Of a stretch of DNA of 64,000 bases, positions 26,861 to 41,400 are shown in pieces; positions within the stretch are counted from its first letter, which is position 1; each line of letters opens with the position of its first letter. This DNA comes from Tubiluchus corallicola (Eukaryota; Animalia; Priapulida). Under the pieces are notes generated by a model that saw only the letters and a list, made by a program, of their open reading frames with translations, did not search any database and was not told the origin of the DNA. A program made the position numbers and the translations under genes. The stretch is from NCBI GenBank assembly GCA_030141605.1, contig JAQGDQ010000028.1:496001-560000 (forward strand). The letters are read 5' to 3'.

Positions 26861-29800
26861 CGCACGCTGTCAATTTAAATTTTAGAACAACAACGTCTAG
26901 TTCTTAGATTAGATAAAGAACAGCATTTAAACAATAACAGGTCGTAAATTTAAAAAGTTTAGCAAAAAGGCTATTAAATTTAGTTACTGACATTGTAAAT
27001 TTCACTTACAAACTCCATTTCCTTCTCAGTGACAAAAATTCAAATGAAAGCGTATGCCCAATAAAAAGGTTGCAGTTGACAGTCTGAAAGACCTGGAAGA
27101 ATGTGACATTATTTTGTCAGAAAATCTTAGCATTTTAAACAAATCTAATTATGTGAATCAATTTATAAGTCGATTATTTGTAGCCATCAGAGTTACATGA
27201 TACGATAGACAGAATTAGAATTATATTGAATAAGGACTCTGGTCTGTAATAGAACCTATTTTCAAATTCACCAACAAAGAGCCTTTATCCGTGCATCTGG
27301 ATATTAGTCAGGTACTGCATTGTGTCAGTCATTCGCTACAAAACGTAGTCAGCCACTTTTCAATGGAGATTATTAAAGTGGGTCAAAGGCCACACGCTTC
27401 ACTATGGCAGATCTACAAAAAACTATCCACGGTCCACAAACAATTTAATGTTAACGTGAACTTACAAGGATAGTCGGTTTATAACAAATTAATTTGCATT
27501 GTTTCATTTTAATCATTCAGTCTACTCAGTGAAATAATATAGCTCTACCATTATGCAAAAGCGTCTGCAGTTTTTTTGGAAATTTCTTTTTATTGTTTTG
27601 ATTTTACACTTTGCCTGGACCCGCCATTGAACTTTGGCGTAAGCGGCCATTTTAAAATAAGAGTTTTTGAGATTTTTCAACAGGATAAGGAAGTGTCCAT
27701 TATTGCACGTGTTTATGGGGCAGTTAGAATGGTAACCTCTGGCACAAATCCTTTCATCTTCTACGCTCTCTTATCGTTGTAAAGCATCTTGCGCACCTTT
27801 AAAATCTGCGCACTGAGTCTATAGGTCAAGTTGTCAAAGTTTCTAAAAGGCATCTGCTAAAGTATGGGCCAACCAAAAATTGGTATTCTCGAAAAGTCAG
27901 AAAAAAAGTGCAAATATACCTCTGCTTTATTGTTTGACTAAAACAAACAAGGAGCTTTATATGATGTGGCACTTGTAGATGTAGATAACTGCGCAACGAC
28001 GTTCGTTAATGTGTAAATTTGCAGCTTGTTTTGGTCGCTAACAAGCTCTGACTATGGCCAGCTTTCACGAATGTCGCAAGACGCTTTCTAGTCAAGTTTC
28101 GACTCTTCGTTTTTGCAAAAAAAGTACCTGGCAAACATACACATTAAGCATATTTTATTATTATTTTTGAATTAGACATTACATATTTGGCGTATAGATT
28201 CTCCCTCGGATACAATACATTTGCACTAGAAAGTGATGTGTGTTTAATAACATTTCATTAAAATTTGATAAGCTTGACTATCCAGTCTAGACTATAAAAA
28301 TCTTAGGATTCGATTGCCCTACATCAATATTGAAAATCACTAAGGAACATTGAGATAATTAATCAGTGAAAGTTTAAAATTCATAAAACACTGTAACAGA
28401 CAAATGCGTCAGTGCAGAATTCAAATTTTGTGCAAGTTTCGTGCAGCAAACATAAAGCTCGTAATCTTTACTTTCTTACGTTTGTATTTGATGTTATCCA
28501 TCAAATATTTATTCAGTCGCTTGATGGGGGCGCAGAGTGTGCAAGGCAATCTTGTCGGCCATCTTCAAAAACACTGAAAAGTACTTCGCAACAATGATTA
28601 CATGGGTTTATTTAGCATTTTATTAGAGTTCGGTTTCTTGGAATGACAGTATAAGTACTTAGGAGATGCAAATCTATCAAATCTCGCAGTAACCCAGCAA
28701 AATTATTTTAATGCCTCAAAACAATAGCAATGATTTCGAAGCACTAAACATTTCTTAGCTACACAGTCTCTTGCAGCGTTGTTAACTATGTTTTCCAGTG
28801 CAGACGTTCTGAAATTTAGTCCATGAGCGAAACCAGGTATTGGCCTCATCTGACGGGACAAAATCTGTTTTTCTGAGAACCCTACACTTCTGAATAAATC
28901 ACGTGAAATTTGTTGTTGTTATTGGGTCACTAAAGGTCAAAACGTCGCAGAATTTGATCCGACCTCCAAAACCTGGACACTATTCCAGCAGAATAGGCGA
29001 AAATTCGCTCGTTTTGCTTTAAAAGCATGAGACTTTGCGTAGTGCTAGAACCCATCCAGTCATTAATTCTGGACATGGAGCAAATCGAAAATCATCCAGT
29101 ATGGCCAATAATTTCAGGATGACCGATATATTAACTATTAGAGCAAATTGGATAACGATTTTGATGTCTAATTATATATATATAAATTTTCAAGGCCAGG
29201 TGATCCATATTTGATGCCCAAAATTCCCTTTTAGGATGTCAAGATGGGTGCCAAGAAGGCCGTCAAATTCATCAATGCAGCTGCTCATATAATCGTACAT
29301 TTACCACATTGCAGTAGTTTCTACTACAGATAAGATGATGACTTTAGTGTCAGGAATGGAGATTTTAAAGCCTAAGAAATCTACTTTTGCTAGACAACAT
29401 ATTAGGCAGTTGGACAGACAAATAGATAGGCAGATAGACAGACACACAGATAGACAGACAGACAGACGGACAGACGTTTACATTTGTCTTACCCCTTATT
29501 TTTGCTAGTTATACGTGACGGAAGCTTTTTTTGAAATGCGACCACCAAACTGCGATTAGCGAAAGTCTATCAAGTAGTTTCATCATCTACACGTGTAGAG
29601 TTTAAATTGGGCTTTCAGAAATACATTGGCAGATTTTGTCCTTTCAAGTGGTGCTTATACAGGGAGTTTTCGAGTCCTGCTCCAATCATACCCCCTCAAG
29701 ATTGCAAGGTGTGCCAGACATAAGACCTTCCACACTGGATTTTGGGGCATGTTAGATTTGCTATTGTTTGAGCAGTACTTTCTTCCGCACTAATTTTGAG

Positions 29801-32483
29801 AGCATGATAAAATCGCATTTGTTTAAGCTGTACCTTGTTATACATGTAAAAAGTTTTTCTTTACCATTACTCGTTGTTTTTCGTACACTCTTAGCAAAAG
29901 GTTATGTACCACTCTGGACATAACATTTTGGGGTTTGGCTCATGGACTAAATATTCTGCAACAGAAATTAGAAGATTTTTGTTGATTTCTTTATTGACCT
30001 ACGCCTTTTGTTACCGTAAAATGTCCATGTCAATGTCCAATCTACCAGGTAACTTGAATTATTTGGCGAAAAACAAAAAGAGAAATTTAAACTTTCAAAT
30101 AGTAACGAGTTTAAATCGTTGAGGAGTGTCAAAATGCAACTTTTATGATGTGTACCGTCTCTTGTCTGCAGTTTGCGGGTCATATGTAAGTTACAGCTTT
30201 AATTCGTCGGACAGTTAGTTTTCCTTAGAGTCAAAACGACTTTGCCAAGCTTACCAGTCCATGGCAGAGAGTTTTTTGGGTACTCCACGCTCTTTAGAGC
30301 GTATCTGCTACATTGTTGTGTATCTGCTAAAGCGTAACCGCTGTATTTGCTTTTAGACAGTTAGGTTTTGTTTCCTATAAATCTAAAATAGAGTGGTCTC
30401 GTCGAAATCCTTACATTCATTTCTGGGATAGCTAATTGGGTATTGATTAATGACTTAATAATCTTTACTTGATAACTGATTATTAAAAAGAACAAACGTA
30501 TATGCACTGTGTTTTTCTTGATGCAGTAAATTTTGGCGCCTTTTAGCCAGGTGTAAATAAGTAAGTTACATTTTTGGCCAATTTGGTGGTTTTCTTCTCA
30601 ATTATCGATTACCACTAATCGTAAATTTGCATTTTCGCTGATAATTCAGGAATTTCGAATCTAACAAGGATCTTCATTTGATTTGACAAATAGGTACTAA
30701 TGCGCGAAAATGTACAATTATTATAATGTAATAGTAACTAGGCCTTAAGATAATTTTGAACAGATATCAATACATTTATATCATTTTTATTCGTACTCGT
30801 GGTACAAGCCCATCAAATATACAAGTAAAATAAGATTAATTAGCAACATTGGTAAGCAACTTGAATATATACAATTAAGTGAGAGTAAGGTATGTTAGTA
30901 TGTCGTGCAACTCATTCCTGTCAAAAAAATCAAAACAATTACATTTTAGAGTCCATATATAACTTCTTTAATGAAATTTACAGCCCCTATTTGTTCTTCG
31001 CTAACATTAACTCTTACAGCTAATGTACAGGAAAAAACTCCTATACATTAGAAGATACACGAAATCGAGAATTATGTGCAAAGAAATTGGCTATATGATT
31101 TTCACTATTTAAGCAACTATGGTAAAATTTAACAAATCGTTTCTGCAACTGTTTAAATGGGGGAACAATATCCACATGTAAAAGAAAAACAGTATCAGCG
31201 TGATCTAAACGGCAACTTCCAAAGTTTTATTACTAAATATTCCAAGCTGTACTTAATTTCGAATTTCACTATCGAGTTTCCAGGTTTGACTTCCGTATGT
31301 GTTAACAGTAACTACGGAAGACACGGTTTGACAACTGTGACAATAGCTACGGAATAGACGTGAATTTAAATCCAGGTTAAGTAAGAAAAATTAGCAGTAT
31401 TGTAACTAGCTCGGTATATAAAATGACTTCGTTTATCAGAAATGTCTTCATATTGTAAATCAAAAGTTAAAATGTGACCCAAGTGAGTAAACTGATTGCA
31501 AAAAGATAATGGCCTGTTTTCAAGTAAAATTAGAAGACCGTGTTGTTTTACTTAACATTACATTACTTTACCATTTTTAAATACATTTACTTTTTACCTT
31601 ATTATTTTTCATATTAGATAAATTTATATTGAAATGATTACCATAATTTTCACACATAGTTACCATACATTGCAACCATTTCGCATTAGGTGCGAGTAGT
31701 CAATGTGCGTGATCTTACGTAACACGCCTGACTGTATAACATAGGTTAATCAAACAAAAGTAATAGATCGCTTTTTTTAAACATTACAGTTAGATTTCTA
31801 ATAATCGTAAATCTTATTAAAATTGTCGAGTTTCTTTAACTCAGGTTTTAGCAGTGATTCCACTTAAATTTGAGTTGTCTTTCTCAAGGTATAGAAAATA
31901 ATTCGTTCTTGGTCTCTACTTGCTACTAAATTGCTGCCATGTATAGATAATCTTGCAACTGAAAGTTCAGATTTATTTCTGTTAGTGTGAATTTTCAGTC
32001 TTAAAACCTGAATTGTTGAGTGCAAAATCATTTTTTGGTGTTTGGTTCATTACTTATCGATTCTTAACTAGTCGATTAGTTTATTTAATTCTTTTTGCTC
32101 CAATAACCTAAACAAAATCAGATAAATTTTCAATTGTTCTTATTATAGTCGCTTTAATTATTAAAACCTGACAGCGAGTACATTTTCACGTAATTCTGCT
32201 GGACAAAATTCTAACGCCTTGCACTTACAATTATTCCCACTGCTAGATTCTCACAACTAATCTATAAAAATGATCTTCTTTCTGAATTTTCAATCGATAG
32301 TCACCAAAATTTACGTAATTTTTTCTTAACTCAAATCTCAATAGTCTGTAAAGTTTCATTAAAAGTAACCAACTTGGAACTTTTTAAAATGTCTTGCTAA
32401 CTTCTCCCGTAGGCACATTCTTCTCCTATCATAGTTTCTCAGAAACCAATTTCGATTTTCTTCGCTGTTTCCTAACCAATCGC

Positions 32484-32504
32484 AGTAGTAGTAATAGTAG
32501 TAAT

Positions 32505-32542
<38 letters not shown>

Positions 32543-32598
32543 AAACAACAACAACAACAGCAACAACAACAACAACAACAACAACAGCAGCAGCAGGA
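32484..32598. repeat. (AAC)n / (AGC)n trinucleotide repeat
   Basis: Direct observation. Confidence 0.92.
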
Positions 32599-33799
32599 GC
32601 ATGCAGCACTAGCTTATCTTTAATGTAGTTCCCAAGAACTTTATAATACATTTTACAACAGATTTTTATAATTTAATTTCGTTCTTCTTTTCTAAAAGGC
32701 AACAGAATTATTTTCAAAAATCCTTAAAAACCACAAGGCGAGTTTACGCAAAATAAAAAAATAGCAACTCTAGGCTTACTGTTTCCCACGAACTTTAAAT
32801 GTCTGACAGTATTGTAATTACTATCGTCAGTCTGACAGACAACACTTAACTTTTCGTCTCAGTTCGTCCCAATTCTTTCAACTGAGGGGTGTATAAATTT
32901 TGCAAAAAAAAAAAAACAGCACAAACGTTCTAAAATCAGGGTCCTCGTTTCCATTCCATGTGAGAGAAAGTCGACTAAAGAGATTAGGAACAGAAAAATT
33001 AGCTGGATGTAGATTAAATATGATTGATATGAGGCTTGTGCCAACTTCGAACTTTCGGTGAAACATCTAAAAACTTGAGTCAAATAATAAACCTATTGTT
33101 GCTTTGTTTGCTTTGAATAATTTTTACTATTGTGAGAATGTTATGTCTTGCGTAGCGAGTTTATTACATTTGATGGTTTTTGCATTGTGTGTCAATCAAT
33201 AACACTGTGGTATTATCCGTATAACAACGTTCCATTTCGTTAGATCACCAAAGAAAGCCACATTCCATCTCTCCGATTATAGAAATGCGTAAACTCATAG
33301 GCAAATATCAAAATAAAGTAACATTTTGGGATGTAATTGACTTTTCTAACCTACTTTCGTTGAATGTTGCGTCTTGCGAAATGGCAGTGCCAGGAAAAGG
33401 TTTGTGGGATATCCCGGAAACTTTCCAATTCCAGACGTGGAAATTCCGGAAGTTGTTCCGTTGCGTGTAGAATATTGGCAAAAAAAACGTGATTACCGAT
33501 TATATAAGGTCAAAAATGGCGATGAGAAAATTTAACCATGACTGTCCTTAGCAGAGTGACAGAATCTTAACACCCTTTGTTGCCCTACACACAATGAGAT
33601 CCGAGTTCGTTCTTTACTGTGATCTTGTGATTGAGACTGATATTAAAGGAATTCAAGCGTAAAAGAGCATTAATTTGACCTGTGCTCACGTAATGTGAGC
33701 TAGTAGTGCGATGCTGTCAAATTAAATTGACCACAAAACAATGGATTTTCTTTGAAATGACCTTTGATGTGGAACAAAATAAGAAGTTTGACTGATGGG

Positions 33800-33917
33800 T
33801 GCGGGTGTCAGTTTAACTCTTTGCTCACGAAGGTGCAAGACTTGGGAGCCTCAATCTGGAGACTGTGAACGCACAGTGTCCGTAGTTCACAGATTGATTT
33901 CAAAGACAAATCAAGTG
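33800..33917 (+). other. Candidate non-coding first exon of ZP gene 1
   Basis: Strong donor GTG|GTAAGT at 33918; the ATG-containing exon begins at an acceptor (35407/35408), so an upstream UTR exon is expected. Start approximate. Confidence 0.4.
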
Positions 33918-34544
33918 GTAAGTAGATTACATTTAGTAAATCCTAAAGATCCTGCGACATTTGGCAAGAACTTCTAAGAAGTGTAATTTGACGACTTAGT
34001 ACGTTTTGCAGACTTTTTAGTGCGTATTTAATAGATCCACAAACTTTATAGTCATAATATATGTACAGTATGTTTTAAATTGCCATACCAGGCGCAATAA
34101 AATCTATATTCAATACATGTATAATACACGAAAACACCACTTAAAAAGCTTGATATTATTTTGATTAAAAATCATAAATTAAAGGTTATAAAACATGCCA
34201 TTTATTGGACGCATCTTCTAGGCTTATCTTAGTTGTCATTTAATAATATAAAATGTAAATCATGCTAAAAAATTAAATTTATTGCAAAAGATTCTGATGG
34301 CACGTACTTTGCACACGCATTGTGCGACGCACTGAAATGTATAATTATTAAGAAAAATCTAATCAGGTTTGATAACAGCGCTCAGCCACGGTACGCAACA
34401 GATGAGTGGTTCATTTCATAGCAAAATCGCTTAAATTTGGTCCACCTTTCGTTCGCAAGTTAATTAATTGGCCTTAAGCTTAAATTACGAAAAAGGCCAA
34501 TTACTTTTTTTCTGTCACTATTTTGTGTTATTTAAATAGACTAA

Positions 34545-34725
34545 AGTGGCGTTTACGTAGCATCCGGATACGTATGCGTATATTTCCACCTGCGGAATAA
34601 CTGCGGAAAAATAATAACGCATACGCATGCTGCATAAATGGGTGCATTTTAAACTATACAAACCGATTTTATCTATTTCGCACCCCCCAAACGCATACGC
34701 ATCCGGATGCTACGTAAACGCCACT
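34545..34725. mobile_element. Tourist/PIF-Harbinger-like MITE, copy 2 (well preserved)
   Basis: TIR AGTGGCGTTTACGTAGCATCCGGAT...ATCCGGATGCTACGTAAACGCCACT with TAA target-site duplication (34542-34544, 34726-34728). Confidence 0.85.
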
Positions 34726-35439
34726 TAAAAAGCTTTGAGAGTTTTGATATTATTCTGATCAAGAAGCATTGAAACAATAACTGAAGCAAGTACACACAGA
34801 ACACACAAGCAAGTACGCAAGGACAGAATCCCAAAGGAAACTTATGAACGCGAGATATTACTTGTAGTATTAATTCGTTCAATTAATGGTACCAGACCAT
34901 GTTAAATCACGAATTGCTTATTCGCTCATACTCGGAAATTTACAGACCTCAAATTCGGCGGGATTCAGATTTCAACAGCAGGGTATTCCTAATGGAGATT
35001 GCTGTGAATGGACCAGAACTTCGCTAATCATCAAGTATAATCCTCTGAGATGCAACTTTGACACAGCAAAGGTGTCTTAATCATTTTTGGGTGTATACCC
35101 ATCTTCCCTCAGCAAAATAATTTGCTTTAGGCAGTATGGCACATGAAACGGCCTAAAAACTATTTTCCCGGCGGTCAACCTTTCATCGACTGACCACTGA
35201 CCAGGTTTGGTTACTTTGGTATCCAAGCACATTTGTATATCTCACGTGAAACATGGATGATTTGTTAATAAAATGCACTAAACAAGTTTCTCACTACTGA
35301 AACCACGTATGTTAACGGAGAAATCCGATTCATACAGTTTAAACCAATTTTTTGGCCATACGCATTGTGAGTGATACAAGCAATGATAATTTATCATTTA
35401 TGTTTAGGTATTACAAAGCGATAACACACTAGTGGGACA

Positions 35440-38400
35440 ATGCAAGCCGTCCCAGCCCTCTTTATATTACTCTTATGGGTAAGTTATAGATTTTTTCTAT
35501 TCATAATTTGAACTGTTCATTAAAAATGGCGTTTCGATAAGATTTACTATACTATAAGTCATTATACACTTTACGTTTTCTAGATTTTTTAGCAAACAAA
35601 AAGCGAAATGTTTGAAAGTAGGTGTAGATGAACTAACCTTGGGCAATTCTTTTAGTCAAATTAGTATGCTTTTCTATTTTCACTACCTTCTTCGGAGTGT
35701 TCAAGAGCTTCTGAGACCAATTCACTGACAAGTCAGGCTTCTTGCATTGAGAAAGTTTCTCACAGCCCATGACTGGTAAGGAAGGGCTCTGCTTTGTTGA
35801 AAAACTACACTGTTAATATTTAGAGAATAGCGTGGTCCATGTGTGGTGCCGTGAATTTCCGCTTTTGCGACACCCTGTATATGCAAAAGCCTATGTATGA
35901 CTAAAAGCCAGTAACTGTATTGCGTTCATGTTCCAAAAGGGCGAATTCCACTTGGGATAATGTATTTAACGAATAAAGTCATTTTCTATTGCCAGAAAAA
36001 GTTCTATTGCGAGAAAACTTTCAGAGAGTATTTTAAAATTTCGTTTTAAAATATGATTGCCACGTGTCGCAAATAAGATTATTTGGAAAAATTTCAATTT
36101 AGCAAACTCACCTCAACGTAAGCTGGTGATGATGATTAACAACACCGCCGATCTTTCTGTCGTACTCTGAAAATGCAATACAATGTATTTGTCTAGCGTC
36201 TGTTTTTACAAGATAAAACAGCAGCTTACAGGCTACTCATCACGCAAACGGTCATGAAACATGTTTTTCGACATCTATTCTAAATACTCATAGTAGCACA
36301 CCTCAAATAATTTACAGAAGTGGCTAAAACATATCGAAAAAATGCATGTAGCATTCTTATGAAGCTATACTTTGTCTGTACAAGCCGACTTTGCATGGAG
36401 TATCGTGGTCACCACTGGGCTGATGCCTTAACCAGTTTTGTTTCACTGTAGTTGACTACTGCAAAATGGCATTGTCAATCCGGTTGGGTCTAATTTGAGA
36501 TCTACTATGAAATCCCTGGTTCATCGAAGCTTTTGGTTCATAAGCCTTTTTTGATCACTGAATACTCAAGCGCCAACAGTTTGCTCGGAGTGCCCGTTTT
36601 ACAACTGCTGCTTCCCAGGTTTTTAGTTCTTACTTTGAACATTCCTAGACGCAGAACAGCTGCTTATAATTCTAATTTCTTCCATCGCGCCTCTTGTCTG
36701 TGGAATAATTTACTAGAAAAACGTTTCGTTGACGATTACAATTTCATCGATTCAAGAAGAACGTCTACAACTGGTATTCCCCACCACTAGCAAATTAGCT
36801 GAAAAACGAATTCTGTTTTTGGACCGTTTTTTACCGTAGTCCCTTGATCACTGACGTAATTGTTTGGCCACTGAATTTTTATTAAGAAGGTGACATATTA
36901 ACTGATATACTTAAATTTCGAGAATCAAAATGGTGCCAAATAAATACATGTAAAGATGTACATAATTTTTCACCAAGGTATCCACGTACTGCCAAGGGCA
37001 ACAACAAGGGCGTCAGTTTAACCAGGTAAACAGACAGACACCCTCTGGTTCTTCTCAAAGTGTCCTCTCCCGCGGTCAAGTCCAGAAGTACGCTCGCACA
37101 GGTTACAATGGATATCAGGATCTTTACTCGTACAATGGACGTACTCGCGACCAGAAAGACCTCATAAAAAGTACGTATCTCTTATGCTTGTTTTGCAAAA
37201 AATATGACAAACCCATATTTGTAACAGATCGACTTTGGTGAGTTTGGTCAAGCTTTATAATCGTTTTTAAATAAGACGATTTTATTTCATAGATAGACTA
37301 GACTGTGACATATAAAATAACTAATTCCAGGTAGAGCAACCGCTTTAAACACGCATATATTTCACATAAAACATCACACATACAGTTGAATCTGGACACT
37401 GTTATAATAAAATCATTTTACAAGCCTACACACGGGAAACATTATGTTTAATGTAATAATTATAAACTATTTCCAAACAGATGTTATATAGACTAGATTT
37501 GCAAATTTGAAAACGCTACGCTTTGTGCAACTAAACATGACGGTTTTAGATCCCAGTCTATTAGAAAAATCAGTGATTAAATATTTGTTTGCATAGAATT
37601 GATTGGTCAATGATTATAAATCTTAGAATCACCACTAAAGATATTTTGCGTTACCAAATTAATTGGGCTCGTAATAAGCCACATTTAGGCTTTAAATGTT
37701 TTTCTGCAAATTAACGTCAAAGTGGGACACCTCGAAATTACCAGCAGACACTTGTGACTTCTGTCAGAAGAATCGTTAACTGGTCTGTGCGGCATGAGGA
37801 TTCCCTACGACAGGCGATCTATTCATGTTTAAACCTGTAAAGGTAAACTTACTAACGATTTTGTACAATTGTAGAAGCACATTTCCACTTACGCACTTAT
37901 ACACGGGCCATTTGACTTAGTAATGTTGATGTCTGTTGCATGCAGGAGATAAAGGAACAAATTGACAGCCTACTTAAAAAGATCTAAATCAACTTAGTGA
38001 AAAATTTTATGCAATAACATTATTCTTTCAGATGCTAATGTAAAATGCAAAGTGCACGGCAACACAAATCGCACAATGGAGATTCTCATTGAAACAAACC
38101 AGCCCTTCTTCGGGTACGTCTACGCCAATGGCTACTTTGGCAATCCCAGTTGTGCGGTTCAGGGAACGGGCACCAATATTGTTAAGTTGACCATCTCTGT
38201 ATATGGCTGCGGGACGAGACAGCAAATAATTCCGGTAAATTAATAAAATTCAATCAATATGAATGAATGACTGGTTGCATCGGTTTTACTAAAAAACGTA
38301 TAGGCCTACTTTACTTCTGATTATTCGTACAGGTTTACTTATTAGTAGTAAGACACAGTGATCTTCAAACTTTGTTATCAATTGTGAAATGAGTTTAGTA

Positions 38401-41400
38401 CTACATAGACATAACCAAGTGCCCTTGATACATTCTACAGAATTTGCTAACTAGTTTATCATTATCACAGAGTGTTTTACAAATTCAATAGAGTTCGTGA
38501 GTTACAGCTTCTATGTCTACCACTGATGGCATTATTTTAAGGAGTAATGTCCAATGTTGATAACCCAGTACGTCCAGTGTTGATTGTTATGATCATAAAG
38601 ATAACAACAATAATAAAATTGATTTTAGTAATTCTTTGATAACAATGGCATAACAATGATGATGATGCAACTATGAACTTGAGAGACGAAGATCATGATC
38701 GTCACCATGATTATTGCGTTCGGTGCGCCTATAGTAAATCTTTAATTTGAAAACTGAAAAAAATCCCCACCTTTTTTAGTTGGATAACAAGCAACCAGGA
38801 TTCAGAGACCATACATACAGTAACACCATCGTTGTCATGGAAGACATCACTGGTCTCCTCGGAGGCAATGACCGTGGTTACCCTGTTCAGTGCACCATCC
38901 CATCTTCCATCAAAAAGTATCAAACACCTCTTCAGGCACAAGTCGGCGGTGGTAGTGGCCATGGAGGTGGTGGTCATGGGGGTGGTGGCGGAGGTGGATA
39001 CGGCGGTGGTGGTGGAGGTGGTCATGGAGGAGGCGGTCATGGAGGAGGAGGTCATGGAGGAGGTGGTGGCAGCAGGTTCAGCGGACCAGGAATCCACCCT
39101 GATTATGTCATCTGTAGGTATTTTTGGCATGCAGAAAATAAAAGAACATTTTCCGACTTACATTTTCCAAAAAGGACAAAAACGTTGAAAAAATGTGACT
39201 GACTGACTGATTTATACAAATTTGACAATTGTTTCTTGTAGTATTACAGGATGTAAGTCAAATACCACATATCTTGAGGTATGTGGGCTACTCGCCAGGG
39301 CTACTTACAGCTCTGTAGAATTACTGACAAATATTCCTGACTTATATTGTCAGACTTTTGTGTGATGTTTACCCATCTTCCGTCAGCAGAAATTTTGTAA
39401 TTTTTCCGAAATTATAATTATGAATGAAGGTGAAACAATGCAATGAGTGTGTCCCATGGCATACCCAATGAGGAAAATTTATTGCATTTTGCTGACTATT
39501 TCTGATGGAAACTAGGTTGCCTTTAGTCGAAAATATGTCGTTATGCTAACACGTCAGTGGCAGATGTTATTTACGCAAGTGCGTATGCGTAAAATTCCTT
39601 TTAAAAGAATCCTCTTAAAGGTGTTTGCTACTGTTTGGGCCCAATTCTCTAAATTGTTGTTTTGCTCCGGGAGGTCGGCAAATATACCTTAACATTAACA
39701 ACCTCTGAAAATTCTTGTTTGCGAACTTTAAACCTAGCCATATGAATAACAAGTGAATTGGGACATAACAACTAGGAACTGGCAGTAACGAATAACTGCT
39801 AAAGGAAACATATAGTTAGATCCACTGGGCTCAAAAATTAAAAAAATATCGATGTAGGCCTACATATAGAACGATGATAAGGCAGCCATGTCGACAACCA
39901 AAAATAAAAATGTCATTCACAGAAGAAGAAATGTTTTCCTATGGAGTGGACAGGAATGCGTGATATCAACAGGTGAGACGTGCCGTGTTTCCAAAGTCCT
40001 TCTAAATTTTGACAAAATACCTATATTTTAATTTTAGGCTCGCTAAATTGAAAAGGTTTTCCTTTGAGGTTTCTTAACTGCAAACTTATCAATTATGTCG
40101 TGGAAATAAATGAACCCCAATTTGAACTCTTTTCTATGATCTGATCTGGCAAATGGTAATGGGACATTCCGCTTACAGCTAGCGATCACTGTAAACAAGA
40201 AAAATATTTAATGCATTATAATCGCTGAACACGGTGGTAAAGATAATGGTGATGTATTAAGACAACGGTCACTGCTCTTGTGTCGAGCTGTTAAGCTTAT
40301 TTTCAAATTTTCAAAATGTTATTTTCGCGTTAAATTACATTTATTTCAAACATATTACACCCTTTTTTACGATATGGCCACTTGGCGACATTATGACACG
40401 TATTACATGGTAAAATTGAGGCTTTCATATAACATGTCATTGCGTAAACTGTTAAACTTGTCATTAGATTATAGTGCAAGAGCCTTGTTTGTGGAAAATA
40501 ATGTAATATAATCATTTTGATGCTCTTTTAAGAAATGTGTGCGTAGTCTAGCTTGTAGTTTAAGAAAGGCAACATTTGCAGTTTAGAATAATGATGCAAT
40601 GTTGACGTCGTCACTGTGGCGTAATATTCGTCTTCCACTCCAGATCAGCGTTTATTTTTTTGTTTTTTTATACTTCTTTTTCTTTTAAGTAATGTACATT
40701 TAACTAGCTTTGTAAATATTGCGCCATTAGTTTAATTTTTCTTCTAGTAATAATTTTAATTAATTTGTATTCGTCAAATGATTGTCTGTAGTTTGTGTAT
40801 GCAGTAATTTCTCGCTATTTACCTGTATTACTACTTTGATTTTGTATTTTATGACTCTGAATCTGAAACAAAGAAGTAGTAATTAAAATTTCATAATCTA
40901 CATACGTGTTAACGTGGGTTTAAAATGTTCCCTGATTATGTTAATAAATTACTTCTCTCAGCTGTCTATATCAAAATCAACCTTTATATTTTCCCCCTTA
41001 TATTTGTGACAGAAGAATCTATTTATGTATTTGTAGCTACTGTTTTTGTTTAAGATTTGAATGTTTCCATCTATGCCAGTCCAGTATAGTTTTTTTCACT
41101 TATTGTGAGACATAATTCTGAATTATTTCTTATTTTGTATAGTAGGGGCATTCATAGCAATAGCAGAAACTTCACTCAAGTAATATATATATATATATAT
41201 GCTCCATTGTTAATGCTGTTGATAAGTAAATATGCTTATGTAAAAAAACGACATATCCCATACGTAATTCAGCACTATAAGTTGAACTTGTCGGATGTCA
41301 CACCAAATGCCTTCTTAAAAACTATGGCGTTTTTTACAGCGGATCACAAAACTCCTCAGACCTACCATCTTGGTGACGGTATTTCTTCAGGAAGCAGTAG

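Noticed and set aside
27500-33100. Possible hidden gene in the Vsx-ZP1 intergenic region
   Set aside because: Only short motif-less ORFs and repeat-like debris (e.g. (CAGA)n at ~29410-29476, possible LINE tail ~30760-31160); no consistent exon chain found by eye.
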